64,000 nt of DNA from Podarcis muralis. Its lineage: Eukaryota. The first letter of the stretch is position 1, and every line of letters starts with the position of its first letter. Made by a program: the position numbers and the translations under genes. Below are positions 1 through 13,200 of the stretch, piece by piece. The stretch covers positions 112,902,001-112,966,000 of the forward strand of contig NC_135656.1 of assembly GCF_964188315.1 (NCBI RefSeq). The letters are read 5' to 3'. The notes below the pieces were generated by a model that saw only the letters and a program-made list of their open reading frames with translations, ran no database searches and had not been told where the DNA came from.

Positions 1-445
1 CTCCTCCCCATCGCCAGCCCCGCAAACTCGGGGGACAGCGGGAGAGGCGCAGCGCGCCCTTGCCGCTGCCCCCCGACTTGGCTGGAAGGCTGGCGGGGGG
101 AGAAGCCTGCTCCTCCCCATCGCCAGCCCTGCAAACTCGGGGGACAGCGGGAGAGGCGCAGCACGCCATCTCGCTGTCTCCCGACATGGTTTGGAGGCTG
201 GCGGAGGGCTTCCTCCTCCCCCAGCCCCGCAAGCTCCCCCAGCCCCGCAAGCTCCCATGGCTCTGGGTCCCGTTCTGGGGGAGGGGGAAGCTCGGGCTTC
301 CCCCGCCCCAGCCCCACGCCTGGCGGTGGGGGAATAATTTTTCCCCCCTTTATTCCCCCCCCCCCCCGCCAATTTTTCCCGCGGCACAGCAGGCAACGTC
401 TCGCGGCACACTAGTGTGCCGCGGAACACCGGTTGGGAAACACTG
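1..445. mobile_element. End of a hAT-type element with internal GC-rich 109-bp repeats (same family as 63009-64000)
   Basis: Ends GGTTGGGAAACACTG; it is the reverse complement of about 63009-63450. Confidence 0.7.
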
Positions 446-580
446 CTCTAACCAACTGAGCTACCAAGGCTCTCAGCGGCTACTATTCATGATGCCAAAG
501 GCAGTGGTGCCTCTGAAACCACAGGAGGGGTGTGTCCTCTGGGGCTCGGATCCTGATCACGGGTTTCCCACAGGCTTCTG

Positions 581-1070
581 GAACGTGTCCAGAGGAGGGC
601 AACCAAAATGGTCAAAGGCCTGGAAATGATGCCTTATGAGGAACGGCTAAGGGAGCTGGGCATGTTTAGCCTGGAGAAGAGGGGTTAAGGGGTGATATGA
701 TAGCCATGTTCAAATATATAAAAGGATGTCACATAGAGGAGGGAGAAAGGCTGTTTTCTGCTGCTCCAGAGAAGCGGACACGGAGCAATGGATCCAAACT
801 ACAAGAAAGAAGATTCCACCTAAACATTAGGAAGAACTTCCTGACAGTAAGAGCTGTTCAACAGTGGAATTTGCTGCCAAGGAGTGTGGTGGAGTCTCCT
901 TCTTTGGAGGTCTTTAAGCAGAGGCTTGACAACCATATGTCAGGAGTGCTCTGATGGTGTTTCCTGCTTGGCAGGGGGTTGGACTCGATGGCCCTTGTGG
1001 TCTCTTCCAACTCTATGATTCTATGATTCTATGATTCTATGATTCTATGATTCTATGATTCTATGATTCT
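581..1070 (+). mobile_element. CR1 LINE 3' fragment
   Basis: ORF2 C-terminus (KRTRSNGSKLQERRFHLNIRKNFLTVRAV..SPSLEVFKQRLD) followed by an (ATTCTATG)n tail. Confidence 0.9.
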
Positions 1071-1503
1071 AGTCATTATGAAAACAGGATGTTGGACTTG
1101 ATGGGCCACTGGCCTGATCCAGCAAAGCCCTTTCTCACATTCTTATGTCTGAGGAAGAACCTGCAGGAGCCAGAAAGACACTGGAAATTTAAGGGTAAGT
1201 TATAGTGAAGATATTTACAAGCCCCTTTGGAATGTCCCCCCTTTTTGTATCAATTGCAGAGTAAATGATTCCATCACAGAGAAGGGCCTTCAAAAATATG
1301 CAATGGGAATGGCTTCCTGTCTGTGATTGTAGATGGCTACAAATGACTAAGAAAACATGTCCCTGTTTTGGTTTGTGATCTTGTTAAATGGATGGTGGAG
1401 TCCTAAACTATCTCTGGAAGGAGAAACTGGAGAATGAGTTTCCCACCTGTTAAACAGGAACTTTTGTAGCATCAGAATAAGGCAGGGGTTTTCCATCACT
1501 TAC

Positions 1504-3435
1504 CTCTGCAAGAAGCTTCTGATATCCTGGAAGGAAAGAAAGAAAGATGTCAGTGGAGCAATTTCTGCAGCCAGTTATAAATAATAAGCAGTTGAGTGAC
1601 AATTCCTGGGAATCACAGGTTGGGAGAGCACTACTGTTTTTTAGGCTTCCCAGTGACCTCTGGTTGGCCAATGCAAGAACAGAATTCTAGAATGAAGGGG
1701 CCTGTGGTTTGATCTAGAAGGGCCCTTTTTGCAACCCCAGGACTCAAGCCTTTCACCCTTCATGTACCAATTGTTTTCTTTACAGCAGCTTCTTTGCGGG
1801 GGGTGAGGGCATGTTATCCTGCCTATAGTCTGAAGCAGCCCACTCCACCCTCTCACATCAGGATGAGGCCTCACCTGCAGGAGTTCACTCGCTGGTTCCT
1901 GAAGCTTCTCCTCCATCTCCCGGATGAGGCTGTCAAGAGAGGAGAGTTCCCTGGAGAGTCTGGCCAGGTGCTCCTCCCTTTTGGCTGCAATCTCCTTCTC
2001 CACTTCTGCCATCTGGGCCAGAATACGTTTCTCTTGTTCTTCCAGAAACTGGTGCATTCGCCTGAACTCAGCCACCATCTTTTCCCTCTCTGCACCTGTT
2101 TGTTTCTGCAGCAAAGAGGTTGAAAGAAGAGAAGAGTGGGCCAATATCAGGCATCTAGTCTGCTCTTGCAGGATGAAGAGGCCAGTTATCCAAATTCCCT
2201 TGGAAGGCCACTTCTGACATATTCAGCAGAGAACGAGCTTCATAAAAACTTACAAGTCCACCCACTCCTTCAAATGGTCTTTCAGGCTCTGTGGAGATCA
2301 GGCTGTTCAAAAAGAAACCACTTTCTGTATTCCATATTCTCCCCCCCCCCCCAGATATTGATTCTAGACTATAGCATTTTTCATCTTCAAGCAGTAACAA
2401 TGGTGCTTACAAGCAGGTCTTGGCTTTCCTTTTCTGTGTCTGCTTTAAATACTAGAATTTTCTCTCTCTCCTTCCTCACATTGTCTAGGCAGCTGCTGAT
2501 CTGATCCTGAAATGAAAACAAAGTCCAAGTTGGGCTGCATTATACATTAATAGGCAAGCTGAATCGTATGTTTGCTCCCTGCCCCACATCCCTGGGTCTT
2601 TTGCAGAGGTTCCCCTTTCTCATCCCAGCTGAGGCAGAAATGGGGCTGCCCTATATCAGAGCTGAGAAACATGGGGTTTTTGCTATTTATCCCCCACACT
2701 GAAAACACCTCCAACATCTCCCCCCGCCTCTTTACTAAATTAATCCTAGATGTTGTAATCTTTCGTCCCAGGGGAGTTACTGCAGCCTGCATTCAGGGGG
2801 TGCACTTTAATCCCTCAAAAAGAAAAATAAATGTTTATTGTATTAATTTTTAGAGGTTTAGTTGTATCAGGAGAATACCTTTTGGGCTGCAAGTTGAGAG
2901 AATACATTACAATATTATCATTATCATCATTATCATTATTGCAAACCCCTCTTGTCTGCAGCTCTTCCACCCCCAAGAAAGACCCTCTGCCTTTTCCCAC
3001 CTTGTACTCCTGGGACGCCTCCTCCAGAGGAACCACCTCGTGGCTTTTGTGCTCCTTGGACCTGTCACACACGACACAGATGGGGCTTTGGTCCTCCTTG
3101 CAGAAGAGCTTCAGGGGCTCCTGGTGCTTCTCGCAGACCCTTCCTTTTCCTTCTCCCTCCTTTCCCTCTTTCCCCCCCAGATGGCTGAATTTCTTAGCTA
3201 TTTCCACAAAATTTGCCAGCTGCTGGTTTCGCCTGATGCTGCCTTGCTCCACCTTTTCCCTGCACTGAGGGCAGGAAGCCTCTCCCTCGGACTTCTCCCA
3301 GCACTGCATCAGGCAGGATCGGCAGAAGTTGTGCCCGCATTCATGAATGATCACTGGATCCCTGAAATACTCCAGGCAAATGGAGCAAGTGGCTTCCTCG
3401 CGGAGATCCTGCACGGCACCCCGAGTGGCAGCCAT
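1504..3435 (-). CDS. TRIM gene A (RING, B-box2, coiled-coil), partial; exons 5-7 lie left of the window
   Basis: Exons 3435-3001 (435 nt; MAATRGAVQDLREEATCSICLEYF..CGHNFC..CPQC RING; CEKH..C..C..C..H..H B-box2), 2506-2411 (96), 2105-1875 (231; KQTGAEREKMVAEF..ELLQ), 1526-1504 (23; DIRSFLQR). All have GT-AG boundaries and stay in frame. Confidence 0.9.
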
Positions 3436-3461
3436 GGCGGAGTCACCAGGAAGAGGGAGCT

Positions 3462-3515
3462 GGTTTCGTTTTCTCTCTTTTGCGTCTGCAAAGGGGCGTG
3501 TTCCCTTTCCTGGAA
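3462..3515 (-). promoter_or_regulatory. ISRE-like + GC box + GAS module upstream of TRIM A
   Basis: GGTTTCGTTTTCTC (3462-3475), GGGGCGTG (3493-3500), TTCCTGGAA (3507-3515). Confidence 0.7.
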
Positions 3516-4329
3516 ATTACTCAGATGCGATTACTCAGGATCTCTGCTGCGTTGGAGTTGGGTAGAGCCCCGAGCAGCTTTCGTATGGTGGAAATAAATT
3601 TATTTATTTAATTTAAATGGAGTGCTAATTCTTGGTGGCTGCTCGTTTATGGAACCATTTCCCTGTGGGAGCGGGTGGAGTTTGTTGTACAGTAGTTTTG
3701 TTTACTATCATCACGTCAGGCTCAGACTACTTTGCAAGCTGATGAATGAACTGCCTCCCCCCTCTCCCGCCTTCCTCCATTCACACTCCTCTTTCGAGTT
3801 AGTAGCCAAGACAAACAGAGGAGAAACAGCCCAACCCTCCATCCTGGTGCCAGTTTTTAGTGAGTCGTTTTGACAAAATCGCCAGCATCTCATAATATAG
3901 AATAACCTCTGGAACCAACTCTGCAAACGGCCTTTGCAAACAACTCAGCTAAATGGTATCCCGATATTTGCCAATCACACCGCAGGGCACCTATTAAGAG
4001 CAAGTGCTTTCACTTAGCCCCATTTTCTCAATGAATGCAGCCCTTTGTCAGTGAAATATCACTTTGTTATAAGAATTTTAAGATCTCCAATATAGAATAA
4101 ACACTCATGAATGCACACATATCTCAATATATGAACCATAAGCCATTCTGCTTCTCCCAATGACCTCAAATATTCCTCTGCAGTAAGGGAGTCAAATGGG
4201 GAAAGTCTTCCCATTATCTTTTTGCTGGCAAATCCTGTCTTAAGGGCATATTTGTGTATGAATAGGGTGAGCCTGTGACCTGGGTTCAGGAACTAAAATA
4301 TTTACTATCACCAAAGAATGGCCAAGCTG

Positions 4330-4640
4330 CCCAGGTAAAGCAATCAGTGACCATTAACAGGTATCCTGACAGAAGGATTTCTGCTGAAGACTGCCTCCTT
4401 CTGTGATGTATGTCTGATATTGGGAGGGGGGCTGGTCTTGGGCTACAGGGTGGGCAGTTTCAAAAGCCTATATAGGGGCTTGCGCACCATCATTCTGGGT
4501 TCTCCTCCCTCCTGCATGGGGTGAGTGGGGACCCTGCTGCAACAGTTCCTTTAATAAAGATCAGGCTTACTAGCCACTTTGCTTCTCAATATACTCTGGT
4601 TGGCCTGTTTTCTCCTATGGATAGGGAGCATACGGAGTGA
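4330..4640 (+). mobile_element. Old solo-LTR-like element in the repeated upstream block (also about 15460-15660 and 49630-49960)
   Basis: CTATATAG at 4468 and AATAAA at 4553 in LTR-like spacing; paralogous copies; termini unclear. Confidence 0.45.
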
Positions 4641-7248
4641 GCTCCTGTTGCTTTGCCTCAGCTCCTGCCTACCTAGCAGTTCAAAAGCACGCTGGTGCAA
4701 GTAGATAAATAGATACTGCTGTGGCGGGAAGGTAAACAGCGTTTCCATGCAATCTGACTCCTTGCAGAATCTCCCTTGGCTAAACTCTCTTTTACCCATT
4801 CAAGAACTGGGGCATGGATGGGACCCCCAGCCACAGCCATGGTGTGTGTGTGTGTGTATGTGTTAAATTTCACTCTCTTTTGCCCATTCAAGAAGTGGGG
4901 GGATTTTCCTTTCCAGGAAATTGCAGCTGGTGACATTCTGGTCTCTGCTTCCCCCTGCAGGTGTGAAGGTAGCTGGACCTCAGACCCTCTTATGTATTTT
5001 TAAAATGTTAAGAATGGTAGTGCGAAAGATGGGAAAAGGTCGCTTCTGAAGTCATATAACATAGGATGGATGCTAGTGTATTTTCAATCTGCTGTACAGC
5101 TCCTAGCTTTCCCCCACTGATCCCATCTACCACCTGCCCATGTGGAAGAGAACTTTTATTGAAAAAACTTTTAATGTCATGCTTTCTGAAAATTGAAAAG
5201 TTTCTTCGCGGGCAGTATTTGATGATCTTTTTTCTTTTCTTTTTTTTTACTTGTTTACCAGTATGGCATCATTGCACTCTTCAGTGGTTTATAGGCATTC
5301 CTAATAAAAATGTGAAAATATTTTTAGGTGCCAGATGAAAACACTCCTCTTCAACCAGGCCTTTGGCTGATTAATATTCTACAGCGTTTTAATGTGGGGT
5401 TTTTTTTTTGGGGGGGGGGACGACAGACTATCCTGGATATAAACACGGTGTAGCAAGAGAGGTCAGCTCACTTCCCAAAAGGACACCTTTCCCCTTTCTT
5501 ATTCTATAGAACCATTCCAATATAGCTTTGAGAAATGCTCAGGTTATGGGTGGCAGAGAGCCCCAAGCTTGAGCCTTCTAGGCCTTGGGGGATTGGCTTT
5601 CATTTCTAATCCGAATGCTGAGATCCAGAAATGGACCCAGGTGCAAAATACGAGCTTATGCAGGGAAGCCCCTGAAATCTGCCCCTCACCCAAACTGGAT
5701 TGACTCCTCCTGCAGACATTCAGGGTCAACACAGGAAGGTCTGAAGAGGAGCTACAACATAGAGAGGGACGGCTTTTAAGCAAATCTCTGAAGGGACCCT
5801 TGTTAAGATTTCAGATTCTGAGTGAACAGTGTGTTGGACTTAGGATGACAAGGTCTGGGTTCAAATCCCTTTTGACCATAAACTTTAATGCGTCTCCTTT
5901 TTCTAAGTCTCTCAGCTCAGCCTCTTCTACGTCACAGGGTTCCTCTGAGGATAAAGCAGGATATTACCCTCCTAAAATCCCTGGAGGAAGTATCATGGGG
6001 AATGGATATTATACTGTTGAGTTCCAAACACCACAGGAGTAACAAGAAGTACAATCTTTAATAGAATCAAACATGTTAGCGCATGAAACATATCCCCAAA
6101 TTATTTTAGGCCCGTTATACAAAAGGATAAGAGGAGGAGATCTCTAAAAATACAGATAAGTATCTGACTCTTCATTACAAACCACCTTGGTGAAAATGAT
6201 TTTATACATGGAAATTTACCACACACATATACCCCAAAATTCTCAAGATTGCCAATGTTTTCTCCTCAGAGCTTCTGACAGAGGCTCTTCACTGTCGAAG
6301 GGGATTTTGTTACATCGAGACCCAAAACCTGCAGAGGGGTTACGTCTCTGGGGTCAGCAGGCAAAGGCAATATAGTGTAAGTCAGGAAGACCCCCGAAAA
6401 CGCCCCACCAAAGAACCATACTGCTTGACTGAAGCCAGAGATCTTGACCTTTCTAGAGGTCAGTGAGCAAGGTGGACTTAGAAACTCTTTCCACCAATGC
6501 CAAAGGCCCCCCCCCCCCAATGCTTTCTGCGCTGTGGAGACTATTGTGAGATCTTGCACAGTCCTTTCCAACAGTTTTCCCCGTTCTTTCACCCTCTTTC
6601 TATTTATTAATTAATTTGTGTTTTGACAAAGGGCTCCAGGCTGAGATCACAGAAGAAAGTTGCCAGTGAGTTTAGGGCCAACTACTCAACTAGCAAACAG
6701 GTCTCTTGGGATATGGAGATTTTGCTGAATTGCCACATAAGCTTCCCTGAGGAGTAGCAAATAAAGGGGATTTTGGAACTTCCATCTCCCTGGACAGTGG
6801 AGATCTTGGGGGAGGAAAATGGAATCTGAGAGCAAGATTGAGACTGAGGAAGGTTTTAAGTGATTCCTGTACATAATTCTGACTTTATTCAGAAAAGATG
6901 ATGGTATTATCTCTAGAAATCTTAAGCCAGAGTTGGAAGCTGGAGAGAGAACTACATCAAAAGAGGAATGTGATTAGGGTTGCTGTTGTTTCCTAAATTA
7001 TTTTCTTGCACCTCGTGCACCGACAGAAGTAGCCCATTCCCAAGGGAGAGAGAACAGGCAGGTTTGGGGACTGACAGGGGACCAAATCAATCAGTGTCAT
7101 TTACAAAACTGGCCCAAGAAGGGAGAGTTGCATCATGACTGACACAAGGGATGGCCAATCACAGTTCTGGAAATATGGTTTCTCCTTCAGCTCAGTCCTG
7201 AAAAGGAGACTGAATATGTCATAATGGCAATGAATATACACTTGTCTG

Positions 7249-10200
7249 TCAACAGAGTATCAGGTTCCCTTTCTCCTTCACGTAAAAGAAGGGCTGGAGG
7301 GTCTCTCCTGAGAAGGAGGCTTCTGAGAATGAGTAGAGGAGGGCTGCTGTATCTGCATCATAAAAGGACACCTGTCCCCCTTCATAATTCAGGGTCACTC
7401 GGATCCTCTCGGGCTCCTCACTTGGAACAGGGTCCTCATGGGGGGAGGATATCTTGTACCCACCATCCCACTTCCCTAAACCCCAGATCCCTTCCGTAGT
7501 ATCAAAATTCAAAACACCCTTCCTCTTCACAGACTTTCTGGCCACCCCCACCCCCCACCCCTCCTCTTTTTCCACAAGGACCTCCCAGAAATGTCTGCCT
7601 TCCTTGAACACCTCACATCCCAGCACATCGCCATGTGTGTCAAATCTCTCAGGGTTGTCTGGCAGGTCTTGTTCGAAGTCTCCGTCTCTCACACTCTTTC
7701 GATCCTCAGACAGGATGAGGCTGGGATTAGCTGTGTCAGGATCCAATGTTACATTTTCTGTGGGGGCAGATGAAGAAAGAGAAGAGAAAGGACGTCAACG
7801 GGGAAGCTGACTCTTTTTTAGGCACATGACAGAAATAGCATCAGCTCTGAAATGAACAGGGACTCCATGGCTCTGCATTTGAGACAGGGATGTCCATCAA
7901 GTTCTTAATAAGGATTCTTGAAACATCTGCAGTTCTTCCAAGGGTACGAAGTACTTAGCACACATTATCTACATAGAACCCTTGCAAAGACCCTGTAAGT
8001 TGAGTCAATCTTACTATGCCCATTTTTCAGATGGGAAAACTGAGGCTGAGAGGCAGTGGCTTATCTAAGACAACCCCCACCTCCCAGAGTTCATGGCAGA
8101 AGGGAGTCAAGGCAGGGACTCCCTGATTCACATCTTAATCTTCTACCTCACATCACAGAACGTGCTTGACATACCAGGTAAAACTGGCAGCAAGTCCTCT
8201 CGCTCTTTTTCTAACCAGTTTAATGTTTAATCCTTCCAGGTAGTTTATAAAAAGCAAGAAAGTGGTTTGGCTACCCGGAACCCCCTTGTGTGAAATGTCC
8301 TGCTTGGGATTCTTGAAAGCACATCGTATAAGACCCCATCCTGGTTCCCCAGACCTGACTGGCTACATGATTCATATTTTCTTCACTGTTCCTCACATTT
8401 ATGGAAAAGGTGAGCAGTGGAAGCATCATGAGGAGGCCATTAAAAATCAGTCAGGCTGGTGGAGATTAGGAAGAAGATCTGCTCTGCAGTCCTCACCCCC
8501 CCCCCCCATTATGGAATGTTAGTCAAGTGATTTCTTTTTAAAGACACACATTTGTACAGAGGCCTATGGAGATTAAGTGTGATGTGGGATGTTGCCAGTG
8601 CTGCTATTAGTCTTTTTTTATTGTAATGGGTTTTTCTAGTTTCTTATTGTCTTGATTAACCTTTATGCATTTTACTCACTGCTGTTGTATAAAAGAATCC
8701 CAGAATATAATTTTGAAGTTAAGTAAGAGTTTCCTTTATGATACCATCTGCTGCACCTTTTCCAGCTCTTATGATTCCCATTTTGTGGTGTCCAGGATCA
8801 GGCCAGACTGGACTTCTGCCTTCCCATTGAGCCTTTGCCCCTGGTCTGTGGTGTAATTCTGACCTGCTCTTCTAAGTTTACTTAAGTTTCTCTAGTTTAA
8901 GCAGAGAAGTCATGTCTCCCCACCAACACAAAAGCTGACGGAAGACCCCCAATCTTGCTGGGAAGCCGAACTCCTGGAGTTCACACTCAGGCAGCCCCCA
9001 CCTCCCTGCCACTGACACCAGAACCCATTCACCTTCTAGACCCAAAAGGATGATGCAGCCATTTTCTGAGCTACTTGTGTTTGTGCATTTCCCACTCTTA
9101 CACCTTACTCTCACATAAAAGGGGTGGGGACCCTGTATGGCTCAAAGGGATATTTCCCCCTCATGTGCCGGGAGCCTTTGGCTTCACACCACCCCTGTGT
9201 CTTATTGAGATTCGGCACAGAAAAGCCAGCCGTCCTGGGCTGGGGGCTTCCTAAGAGTCTGCAGGATCAGGCCAAGAGCTTCCTAGCCCAGCATGCTGCT
9301 CTCACGGGACAGATGCCTCTGGGAAATAAGGGGAAATAAGGCAAGAACGGAAGAGCTGCAGTGGCCTGGTCTTTTGAGAAGCAGATCCCCTCTCTCCCGA
9401 ATTTGTGCCTCTGCTTGACCCAGAAATGTACCTTTTCGCAGCTGAAGTCCATATTCCACAGTGTCTGGGAGAAAAAAGGGAACAGAAATTTAGCATCACA
9501 CCAACATTCAGACAACAAACCTGGAATGAACAATATGAGCTCATGACATAGTAGCCAGGTGTTGTGGACTACAAGTCCCCTCATCCGTAACCACTGGCCA
9601 TGCCAGCTGGAGATAATGGGAGTTGTAGTCAAAACCATCTGAAGCTCTCGGGGGGCCACTAGGGGTGCATCAGAAGATGGCTGACAATAACATCTCTCCG
9701 ACCCACACGAGGTAATTTGGAGGCTGTGATGGGAGTAATAGCCTCCCTACCCCCCCAGGATTGTGGGGGGGGGGGCTGCCCTTGCCTGCTGTGCCCTATA
9801 CCACCCCCGAATTTGAGGGGATGGGGGCACTAGGCAGAATGCCCTTCTGTGGATATTGGCGCTCCTGGACGCTGTCTCTGATCTGCGCCTCTAGCTGCAA
9901 GAACTTCAAAAGAAACGATTAGGATGAAGCGAATGCACATATTTCAAGGAAGGAGGGGGGAGTAAAGACTGCTAACAGATGGGATCTCTGATAAAACAAG
10001 ACGAGTCGGAAGAACAAGAATTAACCAGATGAAGACACACCAAGACTCGGTATGGCAAAAGGACTGGATGGGGGAGGGGAAAAAAAACTTTCCTTTCTTT
10101 CCTCTATGTGATTAAACAAGAATCCTTCCCCTCACAAGTCAGAAATGTCGTTTGAAGGACTTAAGCTGTGAATTTATGTCTGTGTGGAGATAAACTTTCT

Positions 10201-13200
10201 AACCAAAGCATGCTTTAAGAAGAGCGTGGAATGTATAAGTGCTTTGGAATGACGCAGTTAAAAATACTGTCGCCATATTGGGAAGTTCTGTTGGAGGAAT
10301 TAAGTCTGGGAGGAGAAATAGAGCTGTTTTTATATTGTGGGTGAAACTTCTCAGAGGGACTTAAGAAGGACAGTTCTGTGATTAATGATGGAAAGAGCAA
10401 TGTTATCTATGAATGCGATGAGAAATGGAAACCATCTCGTTTTGAGGATTGGATGAACGGAAAATTCACACAGGATTATTATTGGTGTTTATCGGCTTAA
10501 GGAGATTATCAGAAGAGATCATAAAGAAAAAAGAGAAAATATACAAACAAGATGAGATGCAGAAACAGCAAGATAAGACTGGATAGAATTATGAACTTTG
10601 TTTGGACTGATTCGGACATTAACGCAGTAGCAAGAAGATGATCAGAATCCCCCTTCGGATCTTGGAATATGGGATCCCTCAACAAAATTTAAAATTAGGC
10701 TTTGTAATTCGGAATTTATGTGATGTGATTTGAATTGATTTGATTGGTCCGTTAATAAAAATTATTTAAAAAATAAACCATCTGGAGCTCTCCATGCTAG
10801 CTATCCCAGCATAACCAGGGCAGGGGTGATGTCAAGGTTCAGGCCTGCCCAAATTTTGGGAGGAGGAGCAAGACCCCCCAGAAGATCTCCCCATCAACAA
10901 CAAGGTCCAGACATCCCTTTTCCAAGACGGGAGGCCTGAGCCCCAGTCCCCTATGCTCCTGGCTGGCTCCTGGACAGCCCTCCTCCCTCCTGAACCCCTT
11001 ACATCAATCTCAGGGCCAAAGGAACAGGCGAAATGCCCCAAAAGTGAGATGTGTGAAAGCACCCAAAGCCTGGCTGAGAGATGGGAAGAGGTCAAGGACA
11101 ACTTTTTACAGACAACTTCTAATCGTGCAAAGTCAGAATGACCCCTGGATTCACCCCTGCCTTCTGAGATCCCAAGACAGCCGCATGAGAGCTCGCAGGA
11201 GCCTCTCAGAGCACAGTAAGCAAGGAGGGTGGCTTAAATGTGATTTGCGGGGTTGCCAAACCCTTCGTGGCAAGAGCTTTCAAGCCCTTTACCTTGCTGA
11301 CTGGAATCTGGGAGGCTCCCCCAAGATCTCACAAGAGCTTCCAGAGCCCAGCAAGAAGGGTTTATCCTCCTCTTTCAACTGCATAAGAAAAATCAGTTGT
11401 GAGTCATCTGCATAGGAATGTGTGACTTCTTGATATTGAAAAAGAATAAACAAACATTCTATTTTTCTGGCACCGCTAATGACCTGGAGCATTTGATGTG
11501 CAGTTTTAAATATCCAGTATAAAATATTTTCAGCCCTTCTTTAGTACCTCTGAATTTATTCATGACGCCCTCCAGGAAGGGATTAATATCACAGAAGTCC
11601 CAAATCTTCCACTTCAGGGCAGGAGGAAAAGCCACAGGAGGATCCTCTAAGTTCTCCTTCTCCTGAGACCTGGGAGGAGAAGAACAAAGTCAAGCCACCA
11701 TCCTTCCAATACAAGGAGCTTTCTGACAAGGCAGGGGTCTCATCCTGATGATAAAGGCATAATGAAGACTTGGGAGCAGGGTTTTCCTATGGCAAGAATG
11801 TGGTTGATGTGTGCATCTAGAGAACACCTAATGAGTTGAAGGAATACTGAAATGTACTGAAGGAAATATAGGAATATGAGATTGAAGGTAACGAAGCTGA
11901 TATATGCAAACTATTTTTTTGAAAAAGTGAGTAATAATGGGTCCTTACGCAGAGATTTTAGGACTACACCAATTTTAGTGAAGCTTTAATGAGTAGAACA
12001 AAATAGATTTGGTACGTGCATTTCTGAAATATAAGGAAGTGCAGAATTATTTAGAATGGTTTTTGCGATTAACATTAGAAATGTATTTTAGCACAGTGGC
12101 TACATTTAAAAATGGAGAAAATATTGGAAATTAAAGCAATATTTTCTAAATATTGAAGATTCTCAGAATTCATGAGTGTTTGAAGTTGTCTGGTGGACAA
12201 GGCTCTCAGCGGCTACTATTCACGATGACTAGGTCAAAGGCAGTGGTGCCTCTGAACTCTTGCTGAAACCACAAACTACCACAAAAATGTGTCCCTGTTT
12301 TTGTCTGTGATTTTGTGAAATTGACGATGAAGTTCTAATCTCTGGAAGGAGGAAGTGGAGACTGAGTTTCCCACCTGTTAAACTGAAACATTTATAGCAT
12401 AATACAGTGGTACCTCAGGTTAAGAACTTAATTCGTTCTGGAGGTCCGTACTTAATCTGAAACTGTTCTTAACCTGAAGCACCACTTTAGCTAATGGGGC
12501 CTCCTGCTGCTGCCGCGCCGCCAGAGCACAATTTCTGTTCTCATCCTGAAGCAAAGTTCTTAACCTGAAGCACTATTTCTAGGTTAGCGGAATCTGTAAC
12601 CTGAAACGTATGTGACCCAAGGTACCACTGTAATAAGGCAGGGGTTTCCCATCACTTACCTCTGCAAGAAGCTTCCAATATCCTGGAAGGGAAGAAAGAA
12701 AGATGTCAGTGGGGCTGTTTCTGCAGTCAGTTATAAATACTAAGCAGCTGAGTGGCAACTGCTGGGGATCACAGGTTTGGAGAGCACTACTGTTTTTTTG
12801 GCTTCTCAGAGACCTCTGGTTGGCCAATGCGAGAACACAATGCTAGAATGAAGGGGCCTGTGGTTTGACCTAGCAGGGCCCCTTCTGCGTCCCCAGGACT
12901 GACGCCTTTCACCCTTCATGTACTGTTTTCCTTCCAGCAACATTTTTATGTGACTAAGAAATGCCTGTAGTCTGAAGCAGCACACTCCACCCTCTCGCAT
13001 CAGGATGAGGCCTCACCTGCAGGAGTTCACTCGCTGGTTCCTGAAGCTTCTCCTCCATCTCCCGGATGAGGCTGTCAAGAGAGGAGAGTTCCCTGGAGAG
13101 TCTGGCCAGGTGCTCCTCCCTTTGGGCTGCAATCTCCTTCTCCACCTCTGCCATCTGGGCCAGAATACGTTTCTCTTGTTCTTCCAGAAACTGGTGCAGT

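Noticed and set aside
1794-2217. Recurrent antisense or alternative-frame ORFs over exon 3 in every copy
   Set aside because: Shadow ORFs of the conserved coiled-coil exon.
7249-7757. Stand-alone SPRY (vespryn/ohanin-like) genes
   Set aside because: Each SPRY segment starts at a splice acceptor in phase with upstream TRIM exons and has no signal peptide.
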